From Planctomycetota bacterium (lineage in GTDB: Bacteria; Planctomycetota; GCA-002687715; DRQF01), in assembly GCA_036479435.1 (NCBI GenBank), contig JAZGFI010000247.1, forward strand, positions 1 to 16,878: DNA of 16,878 nt, written 5' to 3'. The notes beneath the pieces were generated by a model. That model was given only the letters and a program-made list of their open reading frames with translations, did not search any database and had not been told where the DNA came from. The stretch's first letter is position 1; every line of letters begins with the position of its first letter. This document shows positions 7,270 to 15,877 of this stretch, piece by piece. A program made the position numbers and the translations under genes.

Positions 7270-8046
7270 TTGGGAACCAAAGCTGAGACCGAGGAACTCG
7301 CGATTGACGTAAGAGGCCTCAGAAAAGCCTACGGCGGCATGCGAGCGGCCTGGGATCTTGATTTTGCCCTGCCCCCGGGCCGCATTCTCGGGCTCGTAGG
7401 GCCAAACGGCGCGGGCAAGACCACGGCAATGCGCTGTATGGCGGGAATCATCCCCGCTACGGCCGGAAGCATCAAGATTTTCGGCCAGGATTTGCGCAAA
7501 GACCCTGTCGCCGCGAAACGGCTTCTGACTTTCGTGCCCGATACGCCCCATCTTTTTGACTACCTCAGCGTCGAAGAGCACCTGCAGTTCTTGGGAAGGG
7601 TGCATCAGCTCGGTGATATCGACGAACGCGCCGACAGACTCCTCGAAGCTTTCGATTTGAGTGACAAGCGCCGGCATCTGCCCGAAGCCTTGTCGCGCGG
7701 CATGAAGCAGAAAGTCGTGATTTGCATCGGCTTCCTTCACGACCCCCGCGCCATTTTCCTCGACGAACCCCTAACCGGTTTAGATCCGCGTGGCATCCGC
7801 AGCATGAAGGACGCCATCGTCGCCAGGGCCCGCGAACAGAACGCCGCCGTCATCATCTCGTCTCACCAACTTGAGCTGATCGAAGAGATCTGCGACGAGA
7901 TTTTCGTCATCGCCGAAGGGCGCCACGTCGCTTCGGGTTCCCTCGGCGATATTCGCGCGAGCTTGGAAGGTGTCGAAGAGGGCAGCTCCTTAGAGGAGAT
8001 TTTCTTCCGCGTCACCGAGAAGTCGGCGAAGGTCGACCCCAGCTAA
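7270..8046 (+). CDS. ABC transporter ATP-binding protein (ABC-2 / drug-export type)
   Basis: Walker A GPNGAGKTT, signature LSRGMKQK, Walker B IFLDEP and H-loop SSH. The start is uncertain; TTG 7270 follows a G-rich RBS-like run, while the ORF is open from 7222. Confidence 0.93.
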   Translation: MGTKAETEELAIDVRGLRKAYGGMRAAWDLDFALPPGRILGLVGPNGAGKTTAMRCMAGIIPATAGSIKIFGQDLRKDPVAAKRLLTFVPDTPHLFDYLSVEEHLQFLGRVHQLGDIDERADRLLEAFDLSDKRRHLPEALSRGMKQKVVICIGFLHDPRAIFLDEPLTGLDPRGIRSMKDAIVARAREQNAAVIISSHQLELIEEICDEIFVIAEGRHVASGSLGDIRASLEGVEEGSSLEEIFFRVTEKSAKVDPS

Positions 8047-9773
8047 TGCGCGTGCTTAAGGCCTACGAATTCTACTTTCAGTGCGGTGTCAAAAACGCAC
8101 TGCGGGGATTCGTGAAACGACTGCGTCAGCCGCGCTACCTCGTCGGATTCTTGTTGATCGCCGCCTACTTGACTTGGGTCATGTCGATCAACTTGCGCAA
8201 TATGGGGAGAGCCGAGCCCGGCGCAGGCCTGGCCTTTCGCATCACCGACTTTGTGCGCGTGTTTTTTGTCGCGCAGATCGTCATTATTTGGCTGTTCTCG
8301 CGCACCGGCCGAGGCTTCAACTTCAAAAACTCAGAGACCAACATCCTGTTCGCCGCGCCCCTGCGACGGCGCGACATCTTGTTGTTTAAATGGCTGCAAG
8401 TGATGCCGCCGGTCTTCATCTTGTCGTGTCTGGTCGGAGTCTTCGCGCTGTTTTCTGCCGTTTGCCATCCGCTCTATGCGCCCTTTGGTGTCTTCATCGC
8501 CTGGAACCTTGTGCATCTCCACCAGATTTGGGTGCGACTGATGATGCAGTGGTTGCGGCAAAAGGGGCTTTGGGCTGATCTTTCCGGCTGGGTTTTGCAA
8601 AGCCTTCCGCTGGCGGGCCTCGGTATTCCGCTGTGGTTGACCTATCGATCGCTGACCAAGGCTGGCGAATTCGAGCCGCTCTACCTGCTGGTGAATGCTC
8701 CCTTCTCTCAAGTGTGGGACGCGCTGTCGGTTTTCTCCGACGCCGCGCTCGCCCAAGACTTTCCCAGCTTTGCTCGGGGCCTGTTGCCTTTGTTGGGGTT
8801 GCTCGGGTTTCAGGCGCTCTTGGTTCTGCGCTCCGACATCGCCTTCGAAGACCAGGCCATCCGCCGCGCCGAGAAGCTATCCCGCGTCAAGACCGAAGGT
8901 GTTGACGCCTTGAAGGACGATGGCGATTTCGTCTTGGCCGAGAATTCACGACCTTTGCTGAATCTCGCCACCAAGGGGCCCTTGTGGCGTGCGATCGTCT
9001 GGAAAAATCTGTTGAGCATTGGCCGCCTGGGGCGCCGGCGCATCGTGATGACGCTTGTCTTTTCGCTCTACTTCGGCGGCATTGGCGCTTTTGTGTTTGG
9101 AAAGATGGCCCCCGGAACATCCAACGCGATCTTGGGTGCAGTGGCCGTGCTCTTGCCGTATCTAACTATCCTCGCGCCGGCGATGATTCGGGTCGACCTC
9201 CGCATCGACATTCCGCACTTTGATCTCATCAAGTCTCTGCCGGTGCGCGGTCGCGAGTTGTTGTTCGGTGAGATTTTGGCGGGCACCTTTTTGGCCACCA
9301 TCGCGCAGGCTTTATTGGTGTCAGTCGGGGCGGTGGCTCTCATCAGAAGTGGCAAGGCCAGCGAGTTAGGGAGCACCGAAATTGCCGTACTGGCCGTGGC
9401 GCTCGTCATCGGATTAGCCGGGCTTAACTTCGCACTGTTTGCCATCGCCAATCTCATTGCTCTCTATTTTCCGAGCATCACCAAACTCGGTCGTGGTGTG
9501 AAAGTCGGCATCGATCAAATGGGCGTGCAGTTTATTGGTGCCGTTGTCCGTAGCATTGCGCTGGCGTTCGAACTGTTAGCCCCGGCCTTGGTGGCGGGCT
9601 TGATCGGGGCGGGATTGCGTCTCGGGCTCAAGACCAATTGGAGCACGGCGGGCATCGCCGCGGCGCTCGCCTTCAGCGCGGTTTTGGTGCTAGAGAACTT
9701 GATGATCATCCGGGTGGCCGAGCGCCGCTACGACAGCTTTGATCTGTCGCAGGAAAAAACGGCTGCCTCATGA
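8046..9773 (+). CDS. Putative ABC exporter permease (ABC_export-like, ~12 TM)
   Basis: Many TM segments with motifs RLRQPRYL, ETNILFAAPLRRRDIL, AIVWKNL and DLRIDIPHFDLIKSLPV; TAATG overlap with the ATPase. Confidence 0.85.
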   Translation: MRVLKAYEFYFQCGVKNALRGFVKRLRQPRYLVGFLLIAAYLTWVMSINLRNMGRAEPGAGLAFRITDFVRVFFVAQIVIIWLFSRTGRGFNFKNSETNILFAAPLRRRDILLFKWLQVMPPVFILSCLVGVFALFSAVCHPLYAPFGVFIAWNLVHLHQIWVRLMMQWLRQKGLWADLSGWVLQSLPLAGLGIPLWLTYRSLTKAGEFEPLYLLVNAPFSQVWDALSVFSDAALAQDFPSFARGLLPLLGLLGFQALLVLRSDIAFEDQAIRRAEKLSRVKTEGVDALKDDGDFVLAENSRPLLNLATKGPLWRAIVWKNLLSIGRLGRRRIVMTLVFSLYFGGIGAFVFGKMAPGTSNAILGAVAVLLPYLTILAPAMIRVDLRIDIPHFDLIKSLPVRGRELLFGEILAGTFLATIAQALLVSVGAVALIRSGKASELGSTEIAVLAVALVIGLAGLNFALFAIANLIALYFPSITKLGRGVKVGIDQMGVQFIGAVVRSIALAFELLAPALVAGLIGAGLRLGLKTNWSTAGIAAALAFSAVLVLENLMIIRVAERRYDSFDLSQEKTAAS

Positions 9774-10564
9774 ACTTGCTTGAGTTCGCGCTACTCGCCG
9801 CGACGGGACTGTTTTGCGGGGTCATCAACACTCTTGCCGGGGGAGGGTCTTTGATCGCGGTGCCCTTGCTCATCTTTTTGGGCATCCCACCCACCGTCGC
9901 CAATGCGACCAACCGGCCAGCCCTGGTCGCGCAGAACATTGCCGCGGTCGCCGGATTTTGGCGCGGCGGCATTTTTGCCGACGCTGAGTTTCGGCGCCAG
10001 CTTGTTTTCATCGGCATGATGGCTTTGCCCGGGGCCGCTCTCGGCGCCGCTATGGGCTACCTGCTGCACAGCGATGTGCGCGGCGACGAGGTGTTCCAAG
10101 CTTTGATCGCCTGCATTTTGGTCGTCGTGGCGCTTCGCCCCTTGTGGCAGGGGTTTCGAGCAGTCCGCAGGCGAAGTGCCGCCATAAGCTCTCAAACCGA
10201 CTCGCCAGCTTGGCTCCGCGGGCTTTTGTTCTTTGCCCTTGGCGTCTACATGGGGTTCATTCAGGCGGGTATCGGTTTCGTCTTCATGGCGGTGCTGTCG
10301 AGCCGCTTGGCCTGGCCGATCGCTCGTATCAATGCGGCCAAGGTGACGATCGTGGGGGCCTGCAACCTCGTTGCGATGGTCATCTACGCCTTGACTATCA
10401 GCATCAATTGGAAAGCCGCCGGGGCGCTGGTCCTCGGACAAACGCTCGGCGGCTATCTGGGAAGTCGCATCAGTCTTGGTGCGGCAGAGATCGTACTAAA
10501 GCGGATCTACGTCGGGCTTCTGTTGGCCTTTGCCCTCGCGTTGGTCGCGAGGGCTTTTAGCTAA
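9770..10564 (+). CDS. Sulfite exporter TauE/SafE (TSUP) family membrane protein
   Basis: GVINTLAGGGSLIAVPLLIFLGIPPTVANATN and GVYMGFIQAGIG repeats; ATGA overlap with the permease. Confidence 0.9.
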   Translation: MNLLEFALLAATGLFCGVINTLAGGGSLIAVPLLIFLGIPPTVANATNRPALVAQNIAAVAGFWRGGIFADAEFRRQLVFIGMMALPGAALGAAMGYLLHSDVRGDEVFQALIACILVVVALRPLWQGFRAVRRRSAAISSQTDSPAWLRGLLFFALGVYMGFIQAGIGFVFMAVLSSRLAWPIARINAAKVTIVGACNLVAMVIYALTISINWKAAGALVLGQTLGGYLGSRISLGAAEIVLKRIYVGLLLAFALALVARAFS

Positions 10565-10589
10565 CGCAGAAAATACGATCGGCGTGGCA

Positions 10590-11606
10590 CTAGTCCTCGA
10601 GCAGCTTCACAAGTTTCTTGAGCTTCTTTTCGATGCGGGCTAGACGTGTTTCGAGACTCGGTTTGATTTTTCCCGAGTGCACGATGCTCCCCAATCCCGT
10701 CATCTGACCTTGCACGTCGTGGAAGTAGGCCTGCGCGTCGCCACGCTCATCGTGTGTTTTCGTGTGAAGTAGATAAGTGCCTCGGTCAGACTTGATGAAT
10801 TCGAAATGGCCCTTGCGATCTGTCCTTACATCCGTGACCCAAGCCGTGTGCTTATCGCCTGCTTTTTTTCGTTGCACCAAATGAAGAACATCAGTGGTGA
10901 CGAGTCCATGAACCTGGGAAGTCCAGCGTTGCGTGTCTTTGGGCAACGCGGCGTCTACGAAATAGGCAAAACCGTCGGTGCCGATACTCGCTCGGGGCGT
11001 GATGCCTTGGCCAAGCGAGACGTCCAACTCGACGACTTTTCCGCCCCTCAACAAAGAGACCTTGGCTTTGTCGCCGGGGATCTTCTTGCGCAACATGACC
11101 TGAAGATCATGCAACTGTCCGACCGGTTCGTCGTCAATGGTGACAATGATGTCATTCGGCAAGATCATGGCCCTGGCCGCCGCGCTGTCGGGGGTGACGC
11201 CAGTGATCACCAGCCCGACTTTGTCCAGGCCGAGTTGGGTGCGCACCGGTTCATCGACGGGCCTAACGACGACGCCGAGGAAAACCCCTTTCCTGTCTTT
11301 TGAGACCTGGGGGGTCACTTGCAGCATAATGGGGCCTGGGCCTGGGCCTGGGCCTGGGCCTGGGCGGAACTTCCAAACGCCTTTTGCATCCGGCCTGGAG
11401 TGACCGATTAGTTTCTTGTCAACTTTGACGCCAAGGACTTGGCCGCGAACGGTGATCTCAATCATCTTCCCCTCGAAGGGAACCTGGATGACATTGATGC
11501 CCGCCCCAGACGCTTGAACGCCGCCATCTGGAGTTTGGGCCGTTAGCAGGTTGAAAGCGCTCGCGATGAGCAAGAGCACACTAAGGGTGATGAATTTACT
11601 GAACAT
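10590..11606 (-). CDS. Secreted PDZ-domain protein with C-terminal coiled coil
   Basis: ATG 11606 after AAGGA; signal peptide MFSKFITLSVLLLIASAFNLLTA; PDZ motifs GVFLGV, GLVITGVTPDSAAARAMILPNDIIV and LLRGGK; C-terminus LETRLARIEKKLKKLVKLLED. Confidence 0.8.
   Translation of the reverse strand: MFSKFITLSVLLLIASAFNLLTAQTPDGGVQASGAGINVIQVPFEGKMIEITVRGQVLGVKVDKKLIGHSRPDAKGVWKFRPGPGPGPGPGPIMLQVTPQVSKDRKGVFLGVVVRPVDEPVRTQLGLDKVGLVITGVTPDSAAARAMILPNDIIVTIDDEPVGQLHDLQVMLRKKIPGDKAKVSLLRGGKVVELDVSLGQGITPRASIGTDGFAYFVDAALPKDTQRWTSQVHGLVTTDVLHLVQRKKAGDKHTAWVTDVRTDRKGHFEFIKSDRGTYLLHTKTHDERGDAQAYFHDVQGQMTGLGSIVHSGKIKPSLETRLARIEKKLKKLVKLLED
11332..11365. repeat. Hexanucleotide tandem repeat (GGGCCT)x5 plus GGGC, encoding a Pro-Gly linker
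   Basis: Five perfect copies with no synonymous variation; translates to PGPGPGPGPGP just before the PDZ domain. Confidence 0.9.
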
Positions 11607-11633
11607 GGTTTTCCTTTTCTCCAAAATCAAAAT

Positions 11634-12245
11634 TCAAAACGAGCGCGGAGCTTGAAGTCGCTCACGCGCGACCGGCATCGCGACCAAGCGCCCGCCGTCG
11701 TCAACATTTGTTTCCAAAACTCCGTCGACCACGCGCCGTTCCAAAACGCGTTTGATCGTCGTGAGCACAAACTTTGAGTCTTCATCGCGGGCGTTGACAC
11801 TCACCACAAGCTCGGCGAGCTGGCGCAACTGCAGGCCTTCTGATTGCGCCTGTTGCACATAATCAGCGAAGGCTTGATCGCTTGATCGAACTTCTTGCGT
11901 CGCGGGGCTCGCGGTCTTCTCTTCGCGTAGCGATTGTGCTCCCAACCATGTGCCGACCAGCGCAGCAAAAACCACCGGCAAGGCGTGACTCAAGATTCGT
12001 GTGAACTGTTTGCTCTTGGGGCGTGCAGGCCGGGGTCGAAGCGGCAACTCGATACCTTCAAGACCGGCTCTCTCGCCTCGCATGAAGGAACGCAAAGAAG
12101 AGTCAGCTTTCAGGCTCGCGACGATGTTCGCAACAACATCCGCTCCGCCGTCCTGAGCCAGATCAATCCGTGCCCAGTCAGCTTCTGATTCTCGGCGATC
12201 GACAATGCGACTGATCGCTAAGTCCAGGTCTTGGTTTTCGCTCAT
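11634..12245 (-). CDS. Putative single-pass anti-sigma factor
   Basis: ATGA overlap with the ECF sigma gene; N-terminal helical cytoplasmic part, central TM (ALPVVFAALVGTWLGA) and a C-terminal extracytoplasmic part. Confidence 0.7.
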   Translation of the reverse strand: MSENQDLDLAISRIVDRRESEADWARIDLAQDGGADVVANIVASLKADSSLRSFMRGERAGLEGIELPLRPRPARPKSKQFTRILSHALPVVFAALVGTWLGAQSLREEKTASPATQEVRSSDQAFADYVQQAQSEGLQLRQLAELVVSVNARDEDSKFVLTTIKRVLERRVVDGVLETNVDDGGRLVAMPVARERLQAPRSF

Positions 12246-12790
12246 GGTTTTTTGTCTCCCAAGGCTCGCGTCATACCCAATCGATTTCGAAGCGCTTTTC
12301 TGGCGCGGGCCAGCCGCGTATGAGCGGTGGCGTCACTGGTCTCTAAGACCTCTGCAATCTCAGCCATGCTCAGTCCATCGCAGGCGCGCAGCAGTAAGAC
12401 TTCGCGTTGGTCCAAAGGCAGATGCCCAATGGCATCCATGGTTCGATCAAGGGACTCACTCGTCTTGCCCTGGCCGAGATCTTGTTGACCGGCTTGCGCC
12501 CGAGCTTCGTGCCCCTCGCGGCGCAGAACCCTGCGCTGGTACTCATGTTCTGAGTTCAGCGCGACTTGCCGCAGCCATCCACGTAAGCGCTTCGGGTCTT
12601 TGAGCTGACCGATCTTTTGCACAAAAGTCAGCGCCGTTTCCGACAGCACATCGTCGAGGTTGGCGCCCGGGCCACAGCGAGCCCGCAAGAGTGCTTGCAC
12701 CCAAACCCGGTGATGGCGCCACAAAGCATCCATCGCCCCGCGATCGCCAGCGATGGCTTGAACCTCAATTTCCGTCGTCCGCGTGTCCAT
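12242..12790 (-). CDS. ECF-family RNA polymerase sigma factor
   Basis: Region 2 AGDRGAMDAL, DDVLSETAL and LRGWLRQVALN; region 4 LPLDQREVLLLR..DGLSMAEIAEVL....TAHTRLARARKALR. ATG 12790 is preferred over TTG 12820. Confidence 0.93.
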   Translation of the reverse strand: MDTRTTEIEVQAIAGDRGAMDALWRHHRVWVQALLRARCGPGANLDDVLSETALTFVQKIGQLKDPKRLRGWLRQVALNSEHEYQRRVLRREGHEARAQAGQQDLGQGKTSESLDRTMDAIGHLPLDQREVLLLRACDGLSMAEIAEVLETSDATAHTRLARARKALRNRLGMTRALGDKKP

Positions 12791-12884
12791 ATCTGCCCAT
12801 GAGATGAACGCCGTCGCCAAAAACGATCCTAAATTTTCAGATATCTGCCCCGGGGCGAGGACTCATGCCTCAAACCCTCGAGGC

Positions 12885-13715
12885 TCAAGCCCTCAGTTTC
12901 GCGAGCGTCTCCTCCGCCCACTCCGGCCCAAAATCTTGCGCCGCGGCGAGATAGGTCGCCGCGTGCCCGCTGGGGATCGCATGGCCGCACTCTTCAACCA
13001 GCAGTTCGGCCACGGCCTCGGCGTTCCATTTGATCCCCACGAGTTGCTCCGATTCCCAAGCGTCTTTGGCGGGCCGAGCCTCGAACTCATCCCAAGTTAG
13101 CTTCAGTCTCAACCGCGCCGTCAGCTCGGGTTTCAAGGTTGGAAGGCTGCGCACTATTCCCGTAAAGGTCGCTTCTTCGACCTCATCGGCCGCAACTCCC
13201 AGCTCTTCATCGAGTTCAGCGAACAGCGCCTCCGCCATTGATTGAGGTGGCTCGGGATGCCCCGCCGGCACGACATGCCATCGCCCGGCTCCCTCCGGAA
13301 TCGCCGCCGCCCGTCGCCCCCAAACCGCATAGCCATCCACCGTCGTTGTCAAAGCGCACACGGCCAAGGCATCCGCCATGACCGCATCCCCTTTTGCTTC
13401 GCGCCACTTTGGATGCTCAACGTTGGTCAAAAGGTGAGCGGGGTAGTGAGTGGGCCCCAGCCGCAAACGCCACTCGCCACTTTCTAAGACCTCAAACGAA
13501 TCCAGTCGATCGAGCACCGGAAACTCGCCATCGTCCAGAACAATGAGCCGCTCTCCGCGCCTAAGCCGACGCGCTACCAGCTCTTCGCAAACCTCTTCTT
13601 CGACTGCCGTCCAGCGATGCCCAAGTTCAGGGAGGCGATGTACCTGCACCGCCTCCAGCGGCAGGCATCCTTGATGCAGCACTTCGTAGTAGCCGTCCAA
13701 ACCAAAAGCACTCAT
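12885..13715 (-). CDS. Nudix hydrolase, NUDT22-like
   Basis: LRLGPTHY..HLLTN, ADALAVCALTTTVDGYAVWGRR, VVPAGHPEP and a degenerate Nudix box AELDEELGV. Confidence 0.8.
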   Translation of the reverse strand: MSAFGLDGYYEVLHQGCLPLEAVQVHRLPELGHRWTAVEEEVCEELVARRLRRGERLIVLDDGEFPVLDRLDSFEVLESGEWRLRLGPTHYPAHLLTNVEHPKWREAKGDAVMADALAVCALTTTVDGYAVWGRRAAAIPEGAGRWHVVPAGHPEPPQSMAEALFAELDEELGVAADEVEEATFTGIVRSLPTLKPELTARLRLKLTWDEFEARPAKDAWESEQLVGIKWNAEAVAELLVEECGHAIPSGHAATYLAAAQDFGPEWAEETLAKLRA

Positions 13716-13772
13716 GACTATTCCGCCTCAACAACTTGCGGCTCATCTCGAACGCGTCTCATCGCAGGCCCT

Positions 13773-14684
13773 TTACTGAAGCCGCGAGGCCTCGAACACT
13801 TGCGCGTGCGCCTTAAAGAAGTCGGCCTCCGAGAGTTCGGGGAGCTTGGCGCCGCCAGTGTTCCTCCTGAAAGCTGCAGCGAGTTCGTAGCGTTGGTTCG
13901 GCCACAAGATCCCGATGATTTCGTGAATGTAGCCAGTGGTCATCGATCTTCCGTTACTGCCCTCGATCAGCGCTCGGGTCAAGAACTCCTGAGGCGACAA
14001 AGCTTTGATGCGTTCCAACACTGGCCTCCAGGCATCGAGGCTGAGACTTTTGCGATCAGCGGCGCCAAAGGGAACGGTCCAGGGATCGGAGCCGACAATC
14101 CGTAAGGTAGCCAGAGTCAAAAGAATGTGACCCGTTTCGCGGTTCTCATCGTCGCTACGCTGAAGCAATTGCACGCCGAGGTCTTGGGCTTTTTGGCGCG
14201 ATGTCGAAGTCGCCATGAGGGTCCAAGCAAAGGGCGTTGTGACCTCAACGCGTGCCGGTTTCGCATCGGGCTTCCGGAGATAGTCGAGAACACGACGGCG
14301 CGCTCTCGGGGCGTCGCGGAGGTAAAGAGCCGCAATGGCAGAGCTGCAAAGAGCGGGACTCGAGCGCATCAGGTTGAAAAACTGGTCGTTGAGAGCCTCT
14401 CCCTTCACGTCGCTAGCGGCGGCACCTTTCGCGAGCCAGCCCGCGATCTTGGGCGCATCATTCCCCGCGATGTCTTCGCGCAGCGCTTCGAACTCAATCA
14501 CGCCCAGAAAATCCGCGGCACCCGCGGTGCCCGGTTCCCTTTGGGCCTTGGCGAATGCCTTCATCCGTTCTCGATCCAGGCCAGCCCCCAAAGGCGGTTC
14601 TTCAATACAAGAAACACACGCCATGGAAAGCACCAACATCGCGATCGCGGCGAGCCTCGGTTTCTTGTGGCTGAGCATCGTCAT
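13773..14684 (-). CDS. Hypothetical exported protein / probable lipoprotein (helical)
   Basis: Basic N-region HKKPR, hydrophobic core and Cys-containing lipobox-like SMAC/VSC. The start is uncertain (14684 or 14678; ORF open from 14714); AGAGGGG lies upstream of 14684. Confidence 0.65.
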   Translation of the reverse strand: MTMLSHKKPRLAAIAMLVLSMACVSCIEEPPLGAGLDRERMKAFAKAQREPGTAGAADFLGVIEFEALREDIAGNDAPKIAGWLAKGAAASDVKGEALNDQFFNLMRSSPALCSSAIAALYLRDAPRARRRVLDYLRKPDAKPARVEVTTPFAWTLMATSTSRQKAQDLGVQLLQRSDDENRETGHILLTLATLRIVGSDPWTVPFGAADRKSLSLDAWRPVLERIKALSPQEFLTRALIEGSNGRSMTTGYIHEIIGILWPNQRYELAAAFRRNTGGAKLPELSEADFFKAHAQVFEASRLQ

Positions 14685-14852
14685 TCTCGCCCCTCTTTTG
14701 TCATCCAGCTCCAAGTCACAAACGAATCCTAAGCTATCCGCAGCAAGCGAAACCCCAAAGAACCCCCACCGTACCTTGTGTTTATCCGACGAGTTCGTGG
14801 ACTCTTCCGTTGGTTCTACCCATCAAGGTCGAATGATGACTTCGGAGCAAGT

Positions 14853-14868
14853 TTGACAAATTTGTCAA
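14853..14868. promoter_or_regulatory. Perfect 16-bp palindrome TTGACAAATTTGTCAA (operator and/or -35 boxes)
   Basis: Self-complementary, with TTGACA on both strands, in the divergent region upstream of the XRE gene. Confidence 0.6.
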
Positions 14869-14954
14869 GTAAAGAGACGATGAGTTCCATCGGCTTTTCG
14901 GATGTCGCGGGAGCGAGGGCGCCCCAAGGGAATTGTGAAACCATCGAGGCCAAG

Positions 14955-15410
14955 ATGATCAAAAACGAAAAGCAATACCGAGACGCGACGGAGCGTCTTG
15001 AGGACGAAGAGGCGCGCATTCGCGGTAAAAAGGCGGCACTCGCGGCTGAGGGCCTTAGTCGCAAGGAGATCAAGCGGCTGACCGACCCTTTCCTTTCCTT
15101 TCATCTTCAGTTGAAAGAAGAAGTCGAAGAATACGAAGGCCTAAAGAGGGGTGAGTTTGCTGAACTTTCGAACCTCGTTGGGCTGGGTCGAAGACTCGTG
15201 GGTCTCCGTGTGGCTCGCGGCATTACGCAACGCGATTTGGCGGAACGACTGGGCGTTGACGAATCATCGATCTCACGAGACGAGCGCAACGAGTATCACG
15301 GAGTAACCGTCGAGCGGGCAAGTCGCGTGCTTGAGGCGCTCGGCGCTGAAGCACGTACGACTTTTCGCATCCAGAACTTCAAGCCCATGTCAGCATCCAA
15401 GAGAAGGTAG
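14955..15410 (+). CDS. XRE-family HTH transcriptional regulator (HigA-like antitoxin architecture)
   Basis: ATG 14955 after GAGG. The N-terminus MIKNEKQY resembles HigA-type I.NE..Y; C-terminal HTH LRVARGITQRDLAERLGVDESSISRDERNEY. Confidence 0.88.
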   Translation: MIKNEKQYRDATERLEDEEARIRGKKAALAAEGLSRKEIKRLTDPFLSFHLQLKEEVEEYEGLKRGEFAELSNLVGLGRRLVGLRVARGITQRDLAERLGVDESSISRDERNEYHGVTVERASRVLEALGAEARTTFRIQNFKPMSASKRR

Positions 15411-15542
15411 TCCAAAGGTCGGATTCCGCGGCAAGGGTGAAATGAGAGTGAGCCTCTGGATTATTGCGATCGGAGGGGTGCGTGGCTCAAAGAGGCTCTT
15501 GCATCCGGCGTCACCTATGAGGAAATGCACCAAAACATCAAT

Positions 15543-15580
15543 TCTTGACATCAAGATGCTCTTTCTGGAATAATGTGAAG
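15543..15580 (+). promoter_or_regulatory. vapBC promoter/operator, probably leaderless
   Basis: TTGACA(15545-15550)-N18-AATAAT(15569-15574) with an upstream TG, then 6 nt to ATG 15581. Inverted repeats TCTTGA-ca-TCAAGA (15543-15556) and CATC-aa-GATG (15549-15558) overlap the -35. Confidence 0.7.
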
Positions 15581-15865
15581 ATGAGAACGACAGTAGACAT
15601 TCACGGCCCCTTGCTCGAACGTGCGAAAGCCCTTGCATCTGAGCGGGGGCGACGGCTTGCAGATATCGTCAACGATGCTTTGCGCGAAATGTTCGATCGC
15701 CGAGCACGACAGGCCACCGAATCGAACAAGCAAGCCCCCTTGCCGCTCAGCCGGGTTGGCAAAAGTGGCACTCGGCCCGGTATCGATCTCTCTGACAATG
15801 CTGCAACAGCGGATTTCTTGGGAGATTCGGAGGGCCAGGCGCCCGATCTAAGCAAGTTGCGGTAA
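15581..15865 (+). CDS. vapB: VapB-type ribbon-helix-helix antitoxin
   Basis: MRTTVDI...LLERAKALA...RLADIVNDALR RHH pattern and C-terminal GTRPGIDLSDNA; directly upstream of the PIN toxin. Confidence 0.88.
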   Translation: MRTTVDIHGPLLERAKALASERGRRLADIVNDALREMFDRRARQATESNKQAPLPLSRVGKSGTRPGIDLSDNAATADFLGDSEGQAPDLSKLR

Positions 15866-15877
15866 GGCGTTTCTCAG

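Noticed and set aside
14778..14954. Extended N-terminus of the XRE ORF, or a hidden upstream toxin
   Set aside because: The region contains the palindrome and promoter-like signals, no toxin motif was recognised, and Met 14955 has an RBS and a family-like start.
15450..15498. 8-bp inverted repeat GAGCCTCT/AGAGGCTC between XRE and vapB
   Set aside because: 33-nt loop, no clear U tract and no second copy; compatible with chance.
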